From NCBI GenBank assembly GCA_050053515.1, contig JASFTQ010000002.1, forward strand, positions 1 through 51,141: 51,141 nucleotides of DNA. Reading direction: 5' to 3'. Below the pieces are notes generated by a model. That model did no database searches, was not told the origin of the DNA, and worked only from the letters and a program-made list of their open reading frames with translations. Source of the DNA: Desulfobacterales bacterium. GTDB taxonomy: Bacteria > Desulfobacterota > Desulfobacteria > Desulfobacterales > G020354645. Both the position numbers and the translations under genes were made by a program. Below are positions 1 to 10,064 of the stretch, piece by piece; the stretch's first letter is position 1; every line of letters starts with the position of its first letter.

Positions 1-114
1 TATGTAAACCCGTATGAATCATTTTGAATAAATTCAACGCCAACCGGCTTAATGGATTGCCAGTGTTGTTATCCTGCCGTATCATTAATAGCGTTATTTG
101 GAGAATCTGGTTGT

Positions 115-136
115 GTGCCATATTTGTGCCATATTT
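115..136. repeat. 11-bp tandem direct repeat (GTGCCATATTT x2); possible sigma54 promoter on minus strand or integrase arm-type site
   Basis: GTGCCATATTT at 115-125 and 126-136; minus strand reads TGGCAC-AAATA-TGGC (GG-N10-GC spacing). Confidence 0.45.
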
Positions 137-170
137 TTGATCACCGTCAAATCTGGAGTGTATTTACCCT

Positions 171-1082
171 ATGAAAAGCAGACCAGATATTTTAACTCTG
201 AACAAGAAGATGAAGGTCGGCCGAAATGATCCTTGCCCTTGCGGGAGCGGGCTGAAATATAAGAAATGTTGTTTGGGCACCATCCAGCCGACAAAAGTTA
301 ACCTCAAACAGGTATATAAAGAAAAATACGACATTCAACTCAAAGAGCCGGCCGACATTGATGAAATTCGAAAAGCCGGAAAACTGGTCATTGATACCCT
401 GGATCTGATCGAAGCAAAAATCCGACCGGGGCTGCTTACCGATGAGATCAACACCCTGGTCCACGAGCTTACGATTAAACGGGGAGCCAGACCGGCACCG
501 TTAAAATACAGGGGTTTTCCGAAAAGTGTCTGTGTTTCGGTCAACGAGGTCATCTGTCACGGAATTCCCGGCAAGAGAATGCTGCAAGAGGGAGACATCG
601 TTAATGTCGATGTAACGCCGATTCTCAACGGATACTATGCTGATGCCAGTAAAACATTTTTTGTGGGGAAACCGGGTCCGGAGGCCCGGAAAATTGTGAA
701 TGTGGCTCGCGAAAGCCTGAAGCGAGGACTGAACGCCGTGGAACCCGGAAACACTGTTGGGGATATTGGTTGGGCGATTCAGCGGTACGCCGAAGGGCAA
801 GGGTGCTCGGTTGTAAGAGAATTTGTGGGCCACGGGGTTGGCTTTGAGTTCCATGAAGCCCCCCAGATCCCTCATTTCGGTCATAAAGGCCAGGGTATTG
901 TCTTGATTCCGGGAATGGTATTTACCATCGAACCCATGATTAATTTAGGCCGGAGACAATTGAAAATATTAGAAGACAACTGGACGGCCGTAACCAGAGA
1001 TGGCTCACTTTCTGCGCAGTTCGAGCAAACCGTCCATGTAACACAGGAAGGGTTTGAGAGCCTGACACCCTATCCCCTTTAA
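171..1082 (+). CDS. map: Type I methionine aminopeptidase with N-terminal SEC-C zinc motif
   Basis: [18 protein letters not shown] (SEC-C), then MetAP motifs [43 protein letters not shown]. Confidence 0.95.
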   Translation: MKSRPDILTLNKKMKVGRNDPCPCGSGLKYKKCCLGTIQPTKVNLKQVYKEKYDIQLKEPADIDEIRKAGKLVIDTLDLIEAKIRPGLLTDEINTLVHELTIKRGARPAPLKYRGFPKSVCVSVNEVICHGIPGKRMLQEGDIVNVDVTPILNGYYADASKTFFVGKPGPEARKIVNVARESLKRGLNAVEPGNTVGDIGWAIQRYAEGQGCSVVREFVGHGVGFEFHEAPQIPHFGHKGQGIVLIPGMVFTIEPMINLGRRQLKILEDNWTAVTRDGSLSAQFEQTVHVTQEGFESLTPYPL

Positions 1083-1111
1083 AATGCAGGCGCGAAAGCA
1101 ATTCGATAATT

Positions 1112-2794
1112 TTGGCAAACGGAGCTTCTAGATACCATCTCGCCAAGCTGTACTGGCTGAATCTTGCAGCAAACCTGGGGGGTTTTATCGTTATTATAGC
1201 ACTCAGCCTCTGCACCCCCCTTGCATTCTTTAAATTTCGTAAAGCGATTATTGCCGCTGAGGGCTGGTTGCCGACGCTGCTTTTCATTGTCATTCTCGAA
1301 ATCCTGGTTTCTTTGCTGGGCATCACCCTTCAGTTTGTGATCCAGCGACCCATCGTCTCATCCTTTCGATATCGAAAATCCCAGGCGGAATTCACACCTG
1401 AAATATTTGAGAAGGCCAGACGCAGGCTGTTAAATTTGCCCTTTATCCTCGCCTCGGTCAATCTCTCAATGTGGACTGCGCTATCTTTTATCGGGTCGGT
1501 TCTACAATACCTGGTCGGAAACGAAATGCTTATCACCTGCCTGTATTTATTTTTCAGGGGTGTCATGATCGGCATGATTGCCTCCACCGCCTCCTTTTTC
1601 CTGATAGAAAGGCATTCACGCAATCATCTGATCCCCGCGCTCTTTCCGGAAGGCGACCTCATATCGGTCACCGGGACGATCAAGATATCCATGTCCAGAA
1701 GATTAAAAGCGCTGTATATGGCCGGCACGACCATACCCATGAAAATACTCGTTGTAACCCTGCTGTTTGTCTTCTGGGAAGTTGAGGCCGCCGCCGTTTC
1801 TGCCGCCGAGTTCAGCCGGGAGATTTTAATCTTCACGGTGGTGCTGTACGGTATTTTTATTCCGATCGCCCTGAGATTGAACGTTTGGGTCGGATCGTCC
1901 ATTGCTCGGCCCACTCAAGAGATGATGCGGTTGGTGAAACGGGTCAGAAACGGTGACTTTAAACGCAAGGTTCGGGTGGTAAGCAACGACGAATTGGGTG
2001 TGCTGGGGGAGGGACTCAACCAAATGAGCCGGGGACTGCGCGAGAGGGATCGGATGCGCCAGTCCCTGAATTTAGCCATGGAAATTCAGCAAAATTTGCT
2101 GCCCCAAAACAATCCCGCCATACAGGGGCTGGATATCGCGGGTAAAAGCATCTATTGCGATGAAACCGGGGGAGATTATTTTGATTATTTCAGCGAAAAT
2201 GATAATTCAAAAGAGAGAATCAGCCTGGTCATCGGAGATGTGTCGGGACATGGTATTCCTTCGGCTTTGTTAATGGCGACCGGACGGGCATTTCTGCGGC
2301 AGCGGGTTGCATTGTCGGGCCGTATTTCAAGCATTGTAACTGATGTAAACCGGCAATTGGCCCGAGATATTGAAGCGTCGGGTCGATTCATGACCTTATT
2401 TTTTTTGACCATCGAAATACAGAAACGACGTTTAATCTGGGTGCGGGCCGGTCATGACCCGGCTGTTTTGTACGATCCGGCCGGCGATGCTTTTGAGGAA
2501 CTTCGGGGCCCTGGCATCGCTCTGGGTGTGAATCCGATGTGGCATTACGAGGAAAATGAAAAATCCGAGCTTGCCGCAGACCAAATCCTATTATTGGGTA
2601 CCGACGGCCTCTGGGAAGCGCAAAATCTAGATGGCCGTATGTTTGGTAAAGAATCGGTATATGAAATTATTCGGCAAAACGCCACCGACAGCGCAGTCAA
2701 CATTCTCGATGCCCTGCTTGCGGGGTGGAAAGGTTTTATCGAGGGCCGTGATCCGGAAGACGACGTCACACTGATTGTGGTCAAGATCGGGTGA
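1112..2794 (+). CDS. Membrane-bound HAMP + SpoIIE/RsbU-type PP2C phosphatase
   Basis: Several hydrophobic helices, HAMP (VRNGDF..VSNDELG), PP2C motifs GGDYFDY, IGDVSGHG, RAGH, GTDGLWE, EDDVT; TTG start uncertain. Confidence 0.9.
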   Translation: MANGASRYHLAKLYWLNLAANLGGFIVIIALSLCTPLAFFKFRKAIIAAEGWLPTLLFIVILEILVSLLGITLQFVIQRPIVSSFRYRKSQAEFTPEIFEKARRRLLNLPFILASVNLSMWTALSFIGSVLQYLVGNEMLITCLYLFFRGVMIGMIASTASFFLIERHSRNHLIPALFPEGDLISVTGTIKISMSRRLKALYMAGTTIPMKILVVTLLFVFWEVEAAAVSAAEFSREILIFTVVLYGIFIPIALRLNVWVGSSIARPTQEMMRLVKRVRNGDFKRKVRVVSNDELGVLGEGLNQMSRGLRERDRMRQSLNLAMEIQQNLLPQNNPAIQGLDIAGKSIYCDETGGDYFDYFSENDNSKERISLVIGDVSGHGIPSALLMATGRAFLRQRVALSGRISSIVTDVNRQLARDIEASGRFMTLFFLTIEIQKRRLIWVRAGHDPAVLYDPAGDAFEELRGPGIALGVNPMWHYEENEKSELAADQILLLGTDGLWEAQNLDGRMFGKESVYEIIRQNATDSAVNILDALLAGWKGFIEGRDPEDDVTLIVVKIG

Positions 2795-2836
2795 AAACAT
2801 ATTAACCTGTGAAGGTATATAAAAGGAGGGTATATT

Positions 2837-3634
2837 GTGTCTGAAAAACGCCACGGCATAGAGGATTTAACCGGATTTGCGATGGATGTCATCCATCATG
2901 CGGGAGAAAGGGCCCTCAATTATTACGGGAAGGGCCAGCGTCAAATTAAATTCGACGAGGGCTTGGTTACGGCAGCTGAACTTCAACTGACGGATTTGTT
3001 TCAGGAACAACTCCAAACCCATTTTCCGCAACACCATCTGTTCAAAGATACCTTTGAAAGCCAAGACTACTCGCATGAAGGCCAGCGATATCTCTGGATT
3101 TTTGATCCCCTGGACGGGGTTGCCAATTTTCAGGCGGGAATTCCGATATGGGGAATATCCCTGGCGCTGATTGAAAATTTTTGGCCGGTTTTTGGTGTAT
3201 TTTTCATGCCGGCCACCGGTGATCTTTTCCATGCCCGGGCCGGCGACAAAGCATTTTGGGGTAACCAGGAAATTCATATTTCACCGCTGGATGCCCTCAA
3301 TGATGAAAGCCTCCTTTTGACGTATTCACGGTTTCATCTTGATTACAGCTGTTTGTTTCCCGGTAAAGTCCGCGCGTTAGGCTGCACGGCTGCCCATGTA
3401 TGTTACGTGGCGATGGGCCGCGCTGATGCAGCCGTAATCGCAAACGAGTCCTTCCAGGATCTTGCAGCGGCGCGCGTCATCATCGAATCCGCCGGGGGAA
3501 GGATTTGCAAATTCGATGGTGGTGATTTTCATCTCAACGATTATCTGGATGGCCAAAGGATTGATGGCCATCTTATTGTTTCACCGCCTGATATTTTTTC
3601 ACAAATCCGAAATTCCGTAAAAAGAATTTCTTAA
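2837..3634 (+). CDS. Inositol monophosphatase family protein
   Basis: WIFDPLDGVANF motif, RALGCTA, QDLAAA..IESAGG; RBS AAGGAGG upstream of GTG. Confidence 0.88.
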   Translation: MSEKRHGIEDLTGFAMDVIHHAGERALNYYGKGQRQIKFDEGLVTAAELQLTDLFQEQLQTHFPQHHLFKDTFESQDYSHEGQRYLWIFDPLDGVANFQAGIPIWGISLALIENFWPVFGVFFMPATGDLFHARAGDKAFWGNQEIHISPLDALNDESLLLTYSRFHLDYSCLFPGKVRALGCTAAHVCYVAMGRADAAVIANESFQDLAAARVIIESAGGRICKFDGGDFHLNDYLDGQRIDGHLIVSPPDIFSQIRNSVKRIS

Positions 3635-3784
3635 TGATTTCCAGTTTACTAATCCCAAAAAAGATTCTATTTTGCTCTAGAAAAAACGGTATCCATTTTT
3701 ATTGGAACCCATTGAAATTCAAGCGCTGCGTCATGGATATGTTAAAGACGCGCAAACTGTTTTGTTCCTCATCGGGGAGGTAGC

Positions 3785-5101
3785 ATGAGAATTAAACTTA
3801 TATGCCCAACATCCTATGATCTCAATAATAAGCTTATCAAAGTAAAACGAGCAACACTGCCTCCTCTCTCGATTTTATATCTCGCAGGACTCACCCCAGC
3901 AGAGCATGATGTTAAAATCGTAGATGAATGTGTTCAAACGATAGATTTCGACGAACCCGTAGATATCGTTGGCATAACGTCAATGACGTTTACTGCTAAA
4001 CGAGCATATCAAATCGCGGATGAATTTCGTAAAAGAAATGTTAAGGTTATCATTGGTGGGATTCACGCCTCTTCGCTTGTAGAAGAAGCCCTTGGACACG
4101 CCGATACTGTGGTTATTGGAGAGGCAGATGATTTGTGGGAGAATGTTCTTCAAGATGCCTCAAATGGTAAGTTAAAAAGAACCTATATGAATAACGCAAA
4201 AGTTGCCCTTGATAATCTTCCTTCACCAAGATTTGATCTCTTAGACGCAACCCGATATGTTCGTTTACCATTCAGGCGCAGCCCGATTTTACCTGTTCAG
4301 ACAGCCAGGGGCTGTCCTTACAATTGTGAGTTTTGCTCGGTTTCTAAGTTTTGGGGAAATAAAATAAGGTTTAGACCCATAAAAGATATAATTAATGAAA
4401 TCCATAGGAGCAAAGCCGATACCATATTTTTTACAGATGATAATTTTGTTGCTGACTCCAAGAGGACCCTTGAATTATGTGATGCTTTATCACATCTGAA
4501 AATTAAATACATATGCCAAATAGATAGTCTCGCTTTTAAGAAATTGGAAACCATGAGAGCGCTCAAAAAAAGTGGATGTTTTATGGCATTCGTCGGCTTT
4601 GAGAGTATTTATGAAAACAACCTTAAGAATGTTAAAAAAGATTTCAATAAACCCAATAACTATTCAAGACTAATAAAAATGTTACATAGTAACAAAATCA
4701 ATGTTTATGCGAGTATCATATTCGGATTTGAAAAAGACAGCCCAGAAAAAGTTAGAGAAACGGTGAAATTTTTTATTCATCAAAAAGTTGGGCTGGCTTC
4801 TTTTTTTCGCCTCACACCGCTTCCCAATACCCGATTATTTGAACGATTGGATGAGAAAGGTTTATTAATAGACAGAAAGTGGTGGTTAACAAGAGGTGAA
4901 GGAAAGGAAGCTCTGATTAAATATCCGAATAATCCATATACCGGTGAGGAGTTAACATCTTTAGCGATGAAACAATTTTATTCGCGGAAATCTATTTTCA
5001 AAAGGTTTTTTCCCTTAAAAATATTCTGCTTAGATGCATTATTGTTTAACTTTAATGCCTACAAAAGGGTAAAAAAATATAATAAGACAACAATACTATG
5101 A
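3785..5101 (+). CDS. Cobalamin (B12)-binding domain radical SAM protein
   Basis: N-terminal PPLSILYLA...GGIHAS...GEAD (B12-binding) and TARGCPYNCEFC (CxxxCxxC), FTDDNF, GFES; RBS GGGGAGG. Confidence 0.9.
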   Translation: MRIKLICPTSYDLNNKLIKVKRATLPPLSILYLAGLTPAEHDVKIVDECVQTIDFDEPVDIVGITSMTFTAKRAYQIADEFRKRNVKVIIGGIHASSLVEEALGHADTVVIGEADDLWENVLQDASNGKLKRTYMNNAKVALDNLPSPRFDLLDATRYVRLPFRRSPILPVQTARGCPYNCEFCSVSKFWGNKIRFRPIKDIINEIHRSKADTIFFTDDNFVADSKRTLELCDALSHLKIKYICQIDSLAFKKLETMRALKKSGCFMAFVGFESIYENNLKNVKKDFNKPNNYSRLIKMLHSNKINVYASIIFGFEKDSPEKVRETVKFFIHQKVGLASFFRLTPLPNTRLFERLDEKGLLIDRKWWLTRGEGKEALIKYPNNPYTGEELTSLAMKQFYSRKSIFKRFFPLKIFCLDALLFNFNAYKRVKKYNKTTIL

Positions 5102-5236
5102 AATAGTTTGTCCTAATTTTTATGGGATAATACGCCTTGATTGTATGGAGTTGTTATCCGAAATTCAGAAGCAAGCGAAAGTTGCTGCTCAAAAAAAAGT
5201 TAACGCCCAAAAGTGCCAAAAATTCTTTACACGATC

Positions 5237-5265
5237 TTGACGAACAAGGATGCTGACGGTAGTAT
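5237..5265 (+). promoter_or_regulatory. Putative sigma70 promoter for the dual-HTH gene
   Basis: TTGACG-17 nt-TAGTAT, about 140 nt upstream of ATG 5406. Confidence 0.55.
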
Positions 5266-5405
5266 CGCCGGCAACGCACCCGGAAAATGCAATATTAATT
5301 TTCTCGCTAAGGCATCATCGTCAGGTCTCATACAAGAGATGCGTTCAGTTCCCAATACTTTAGTTGGTTTTTGAAACTCAATCTAATTTGAAAGGAATGT
5401 AAACC

Positions 5406-5909
5406 ATGGCGAAAACAACCAACCGCATTTCTGCAAGTGAGTTTTCATCCCTGTCCGGCATATCGGTTTCACGGGTATCCAGGCTGTTGCGCCAAGGTAA
5501 AATCAAAGGGGTAAAAGAATCCGGCAAATGGATGATCCCCAAAAGCCAGCTTGAGCTGAAAGTCGTCCGCGAGCTTGCAAAAGGCAAGAAACCCGGGTCG
5601 ATCCGGCAAAACTCCGTAAAGGTCCCAAAGGGCCCCGCTACGGGAAAGAAAAAGGCGGCCAAGGCCGAAAGACAATCGAAACAGAATCTAGCGGTTGCAC
5701 CGCCGGCAACCCCTGCCGGTAGTCAAGCCGCTGCGAAGAAAACCTATTCTGTCGCTGAATTCAGCGCCATGACCTATCTAACCGATTTCGGCGTAAAGGA
5801 CTGGCTCAAGAGGGGACGACTTAAGGGCTTAAAAGATGAAAATGGCCAATGGCAAGTTGATGGTGCCAGTCTTGATCTCCCCAACATCAAGCGCCTGCTT
5901 CGACATTAG
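5406..5909 (+). CDS. Small basic protein with two excisionase/MerR-like (HTH_17-type) domains joined by a Lys/Ala/Pro-rich linker
   Basis: ISASEFSSLSGISVSRVSRLLRQGKIKGVKESGKWMI and YSVAEFSAMTYLTDFGVKDWLKRGRLKGLKDENGQWQV are two homologous wHTH-like repeats. Confidence 0.75.
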   Translation: MAKTTNRISASEFSSLSGISVSRVSRLLRQGKIKGVKESGKWMIPKSQLELKVVRELAKGKKPGSIRQNSVKVPKGPATGKKKAAKAERQSKQNLAVAPPATPAGSQAAAKKTYSVAEFSAMTYLTDFGVKDWLKRGRLKGLKDENGQWQVDGASLDLPNIKRLLRH

Positions 5910-6199
5910 AGTGATTCTCAAAATAACGTTCCGAAATAAGGCAGCATAAAGAGGTCCGGGCAGGGGGTAAATTATTGTCGTCAAGATGCACAATCCCCGC
6001 CCCCTTGGCTCGCAAATGGCCATTTCCCATCAATTGACCCCCCCGCCGGTTACAAAATTCTGGATAACACAAAGACTCACTATCGTTTGCTCATCCAGGC
6101 AGCAACAACCCTTTGGTGCTTAGAATCACCGGCGGGATCAGCTTTTCGACAATAATTCACCCCTTGCCCGGACCTTGCGGAATATTTATAGAATCACTC
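5909..6199. mobile_element. MITE-like element, copy A (~290 bp, long imperfect terminal inverted repeats)
   Basis: Ends GAGTGATTCT...AGAATCACTC; inner IR AGGTCCGGGCAGGGGGTAAATTATTGTCG vs reverse complement AGGTCCGGGCAAGGGGTGAATTATTGTCG; colinear copies at ~7696 and ~34255. Confidence 0.75.
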
Positions 6200-6251
6200 A
6201 AAAACGACCGTTGACGGCTAAACCGTCGGCCTACGGAACGCTTTGGCGGTA

Positions 6252-7430
6252 TCACCGATGTTTGGAAAAGGGTATTTCTCGATTGAGGTCGTCGATTTGC
6301 AGCTGCTCAAGGCGGTTGATTTTATCGATGTGGAGTTCCATCACTTGGCGCAGTCGCGGATCATAGAAGCGGTGAAGGCTGCGGTTCGGAATCGCCGTAA
6401 AACCGCGCCGCAGCTTGTGAGGTGATCCGGCGCCCGGGTCGAATCGTTTAATTCCGTATCGAATGGCCCATTCTATCGGAGTGTAATAGCAGGCGTCAAA
6501 ATGCAGACATTTTATCCAGGTGCTGCTTCCCCAGTATCTTCCGTAAAGCTGATCCCCCTTAGTTATTAAAAAAGACATACCCACCGGCATTTCAGGGGCT
6601 GTTTTTTGAAAGGCTGCCATAATCAACAACCGGTGACGATAGTGATGATAAAGGCCTTCAAAAAATGCTTTGGTAAGATATTTACATCCCCACGGACCGT
6701 AGCGATCATTGGTTTGCGCATATAACTGGTACATCAGCGGGAAAAAGGCCCGGGGTATATCTTTATCCCTGAAACTTTTGAGCTGGATGCCCTGGTGACG
6801 AACCGTTTTTCGCTCCCGGTTAATATTGCGTCGCTGGTTTGAGTTAAAGATTGCCAGATAATCATCGAAGGTGGTGAAATTTTGATTTTTCCAAGCATAA
6901 CTTTGGTGTATCCAGCCACTGAAACCATGACGCTCGATAATTCCGTGCCATTCCGGATCGACGAAAAGAAAACTGCAGCCGGATAACTGATTTCGCAGAC
7001 AGAACCGATCGATTTCATTGACCATTAATTCGGTCAGTTGATTTTCATCTTCATCCGGGGAGATCAGGAAACGATAGCCTATCACTGGGGAAAACGGGCT
7101 CATCCCCACCATTTTAGGATAATAACGGATGCCCATTCGGCCCGCCAGATCGGCCCAGGCATGATCAAATACAAATTCACCGGCACTATGGCCTTTCACA
7201 TATAAGGGTGCTGCGGCCACCAGGCGCCTATCGGACCATACCGTAAGATGGTACGGCAACCAGCCGTTTTCAGCCGCCAGACTCCCGGAAGCCTCCAATT
7301 GGCGCAACCATTCCCATTCAAGAAAAGGGGTTTTCAACGGTATGGCAAGTTCGTCCCAGGCCGCTTGTTCGACATTCGAGATTTTTTCCTGCCAGTTAAC
7401 CGTATAGGCTGTTTGAGGTTGATTCGTCAT
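6252..7430 (-). CDS. GNAT-family N-acetyltransferase (FemAB-like / DUF482 type)
   Basis: PLYVKGHSAGEFVFDHAWA, LYGRYWG, LHFDACYY, GAGSPHKLRRGF. Confidence 0.88.
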   Translation of the reverse strand: MTNQPQTAYTVNWQEKISNVEQAAWDELAIPLKTPFLEWEWLRQLEASGSLAAENGWLPYHLTVWSDRRLVAAAPLYVKGHSAGEFVFDHAWADLAGRMGIRYYPKMVGMSPFSPVIGYRFLISPDEDENQLTELMVNEIDRFCLRNQLSGCSFLFVDPEWHGIIERHGFSGWIHQSYAWKNQNFTTFDDYLAIFNSNQRRNINRERKTVRHQGIQLKSFRDKDIPRAFFPLMYQLYAQTNDRYGPWGCKYLTKAFFEGLYHHYRHRLLIMAAFQKTAPEMPVGMSFLITKGDQLYGRYWGSSTWIKCLHFDACYYTPIEWAIRYGIKRFDPGAGSPHKLRRGFTAIPNRSLHRFYDPRLRQVMELHIDKINRLEQLQIDDLNREIPFSKHR

Positions 7431-7472
7431 GACAAATGCAAGTAACCTGACTGTATTCGACAGACGGGCGCA

Positions 7473-7593
7473 TTGAACCGCGATAGTGAGCGCTAACCCC
7501 GCAGCTTGCTGCGGGGTTAGCGAGCGAATCAGAAAATAGATAGAATTCCTCTCGGGGAAGATTCCCTGCAGCTTGCTGCAGGGTACGCTTCAA
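7473..7593. mobile_element. Palindromic mini-element (REP/PATE-like, IS200/IS605-type ends)
   Basis: Perfect 15-bp stem CGCTAACCCCGCAGC-TT-GCTGCGGGGTTAGCG (7491-7522); related hairpin CCCTGCAGC-TT-GCTGCAGGG (7564-7583); bounded by TTGAA...TTCAA. Confidence 0.6.
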
Positions 7594-7639
7594 TTTTATC
7601 TACGGCCCTGGTTCGGCTCAAAAATACAAAAGCAGTTTT

Positions 7640-7667
7640 AATTTAGGTATTGAAAAATTTGTGTCAA
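7640..7667 (-). promoter_or_regulatory. Putative sigma70 promoter for the GNAT gene
   Basis: Minus strand TTGACA-16 nt-TAAATT. Confidence 0.35.
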
Positions 7668-7695
7668 GTTGCAGACGATCTGTCGGGCGATTGTA

Positions 7696-7995
7696 AGGTG
7701 ACTCTCAAAATAACGTTCCAATACGAAGTAGAATGAAGAGGTCGGGGCAGGGGGTAAATTTTTGTCGTCAAGATGCAGAATCACCGGCAACTCGGCTTGG
7801 ATATGGCCACTTGCTTTCAATTTATTCCCCGGGCAGTTACTGTCTTAGGGTTAACACAATGGCTTGCTGTCCTTTGCCCATCCGGGAAGCAATAGCCCTT
7901 TGTAGCTTAGGGTCAGCGGAGGGATCAGCTTGTCGAAAAAAATTTACCCCCTGCTTGGGCCTCATGCAAGCGGCGTATTATCCTGAGAATCACTG
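7696..7995. mobile_element. MITE-like element, copy B (same orientation as copy A)
   Basis: TA then AGGTGACTCTCAAAATAACGTTCC...GGGGCAGGGGGTAAATTTTTGTCGTCAAGATGCA...GGGATCAGCTTGTCG...TTTACCCCCTGC...GAGAATCACT; colinear with copy A throughout. Confidence 0.75.
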
Positions 7996-8034
7996 TCGTG
8001 TCTTTGGACAAGGATAATGGCCTGTTTCACAGAA

Positions 8035-8065
8035 GAGGCGATGAAACAATTCGCTTCACCGCCTC
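8035..8065. terminator. Hairpin, possible intrinsic terminator
   Basis: GAGGCGATGAA...TTCACCGCCTC followed by ATTTTT. Confidence 0.4.
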
Positions 8066-8159
8066 ATTTTTATGCCGTATAACGCGTATATTCTCCGCCA
8101 ATAATTGGCAAACCATTGATCCGCCACAGTTCGTTGGCGGGCTGCTGCGAACTTCACGC

Positions 8160-10064
8160 TTAGGCAACCTCCTCGTAATCAGCCTCAACGACATCATCAT
8201 CGTCGCCGGGTCGGGAGCTGCCATGGGCCGTGCCGTTGGTCCTATGGGATTCGGCGTGATCTGATTGTTGATACATGACTTTGGCCAGCGCGTGAGACGC
8301 ATGGTTCAGCAGTTCGGTCAAGCGCTTGATTTCAGCCGAATCGTCACTCTGCAAGGCCTTCTTCAAATCTCCGATGGCGGTTTCCACTTGGCCTCTGGTG
8401 GCGTGATCGACATTGTTGCCGAGCTCACTCATCGTTTTTTCGGTTGAATATATCAAGGCATCGGCGGCGTTGCGTGCCTCAACCAGGACCTTCTTCTTTC
8501 GATCGTCATCCGCATGGATTTCAGCCTCTCTGATCAATCGATCGATATCCTCCTGCGACAGCCCTGAAGATGACGTTATCCGTATGGATTGTGCCCTGCC
8601 CGAGGCACTGTCTTTGGCAGACACCTCGACGATACCATTGGCATCAATATCAAATGTGACTTCAATTTGAGGTAATCCCCTTGGAGCCGGTGGGATGCCC
8701 ATCAACTCGAATCGGCCCAACGTCTTGTTGTCGGCAGCCATTTCGCGCTCACCCTGAAGTACATGGACGGACACGGAGGTTTGATTGTCCTCGGCCGTTG
8801 AAAAAATTTCACTTTTTTTGGTGGGAATTGTGGTATTTTTTTCAATCAGTTTAGTCATCACCCCTCCGAGGGTCTCAATACCCAATGACAGGGGCGTTAC
8901 GTCCAGCAGGAGAACATCCTCCACATCTCCTTTCAGAACCGCACCCTGAATGGCAGCCCCCAGGGCGACAACCTCATCGGGGTTGACCCCCCTGCTCGGT
9001 TCTTTACCGAAAATTTTCTTCACTCGCTCCTGTACCGTCGGCATTCGGGTCATCCCGCCCACCAGAACAACTTCGTTGATATCAGCGGCACTCATTCCGG
9101 CGTCCTTGATAGCCATCCGGCAAGGCCCTTCCAGTTTATCCAACAAGTCATGGACCAGGGCCTCGAGTTTAGCGCGTGTAATTTTGATGTTCAAGTGTTT
9201 GGGGCCGTTTCCGTCAGCAGTTATAAAGGGAAGATTCACATCGGTTTCCATGGATGTGGAAAGTTCGATCTTGGCTTTTTCGGCAGCTTCTTTGAGACGC
9301 TGTAGCGCCATTTTGTCATGCCGCAGATCGATTCCCTGGTCTTTTTTAAATTCATCGGCCAAGAAATCAATTAACCGCAGGTCAAAATCCTCGCCGCCCA
9401 GATGGGTATCGCCATTCGTGGCCTTGACCTCAAAGACACCATCTCCGATCTCAAGTATCGAAATGTCAAAGGTTCCGCCACCGAGATCGAACACCGCAAT
9501 TTTTTCATCGACTTTCTTATCCAATCCATAAGCGAGGGATGCTGCTGTCGGCTCGTTGATAATCCGCAAGACATTCAATCCGGCGATTTTACCGGCATCT
9601 TTGGTGGCCTGTCGTTGACTGTCGCTAAAGTAGGCAGGCACCGTGATCACAGCATCCGTAACCTTTTCACCCAGATAGGCTTCGGCTGAATGTTTAATGT
9701 TTGCCAGTATATACGATGAAATTTCCGCGGGACTGTGCTGTTTTCCCCGCAGGATAATTTGGACATCCCCGTTGGCTGCCTTTTTGATCGGATATGGCAA
9801 TACTTTGAGGTCATTCTGTACCTCGGTAGATTCATATTTGCGACCGATAAGCCTCTTGACTCCGAATACCGTATTTTCCGGATTGGTGACGGCTTGCCGT
9901 TTGGCAATTTGTCCTACCAGGCGCTCTCCGCGATCGGAAACGGCAACGATAGACGGGGTTGTCCGACCCCCTTCCGGGTTGGTGATGATCTTGGCTTCAC
10001 CGCCCTCCATGATGGCAACACATGAGTTGGTGGTGCCGAGATCGATTCCAATTATTTTGTTCAT
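8160..10064 (-). CDS. dnaK: Chaperone DnaK (Hsp70), stand-alone copy
   Basis: [44 protein letters not shown], acidic tail ADYEEVA; start moved to MNKIIG behind AAGGAG. Confidence 0.97.
   Translation of the reverse strand: MNKIIGIDLGTTNSCVAIMEGGEAKIITNPEGGRTTPSIVAVSDRGERLVGQIAKRQAVTNPENTVFGVKRLIGRKYESTEVQNDLKVLPYPIKKAANGDVQIILRGKQHSPAEISSYILANIKHSAEAYLGEKVTDAVITVPAYFSDSQRQATKDAGKIAGLNVLRIINEPTAASLAYGLDKKVDEKIAVFDLGGGTFDISILEIGDGVFEVKATNGDTHLGGEDFDLRLIDFLADEFKKDQGIDLRHDKMALQRLKEAAEKAKIELSTSMETDVNLPFITADGNGPKHLNIKITRAKLEALVHDLLDKLEGPCRMAIKDAGMSAADINEVVLVGGMTRMPTVQERVKKIFGKEPSRGVNPDEVVALGAAIQGAVLKGDVEDVLLLDVTPLSLGIETLGGVMTKLIEKNTTIPTKKSEIFSTAEDNQTSVSVHVLQGEREMAADNKTLGRFELMGIPPAPRGLPQIEVTFDIDANGIVEVSAKDSASGRAQSIRITSSSGLSQEDIDRLIREAEIHADDDRKKKVLVEARNAADALIYSTEKTMSELGNNVDHATRGQVETAIGDLKKALQSDDSAEIKRLTELLNHASHALAKVMYQQSDHAESHRTNGTAHGSSRPGDDDDVVEADYEEVA

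Noticed and set aside
7396-8017. ORFs 7396-7593, 7638-7820 and 7733-8017 (also 5829-6072) as proteins
   Set aside because: They lie within palindromic or MITE elements, and their frames are not preserved between copies
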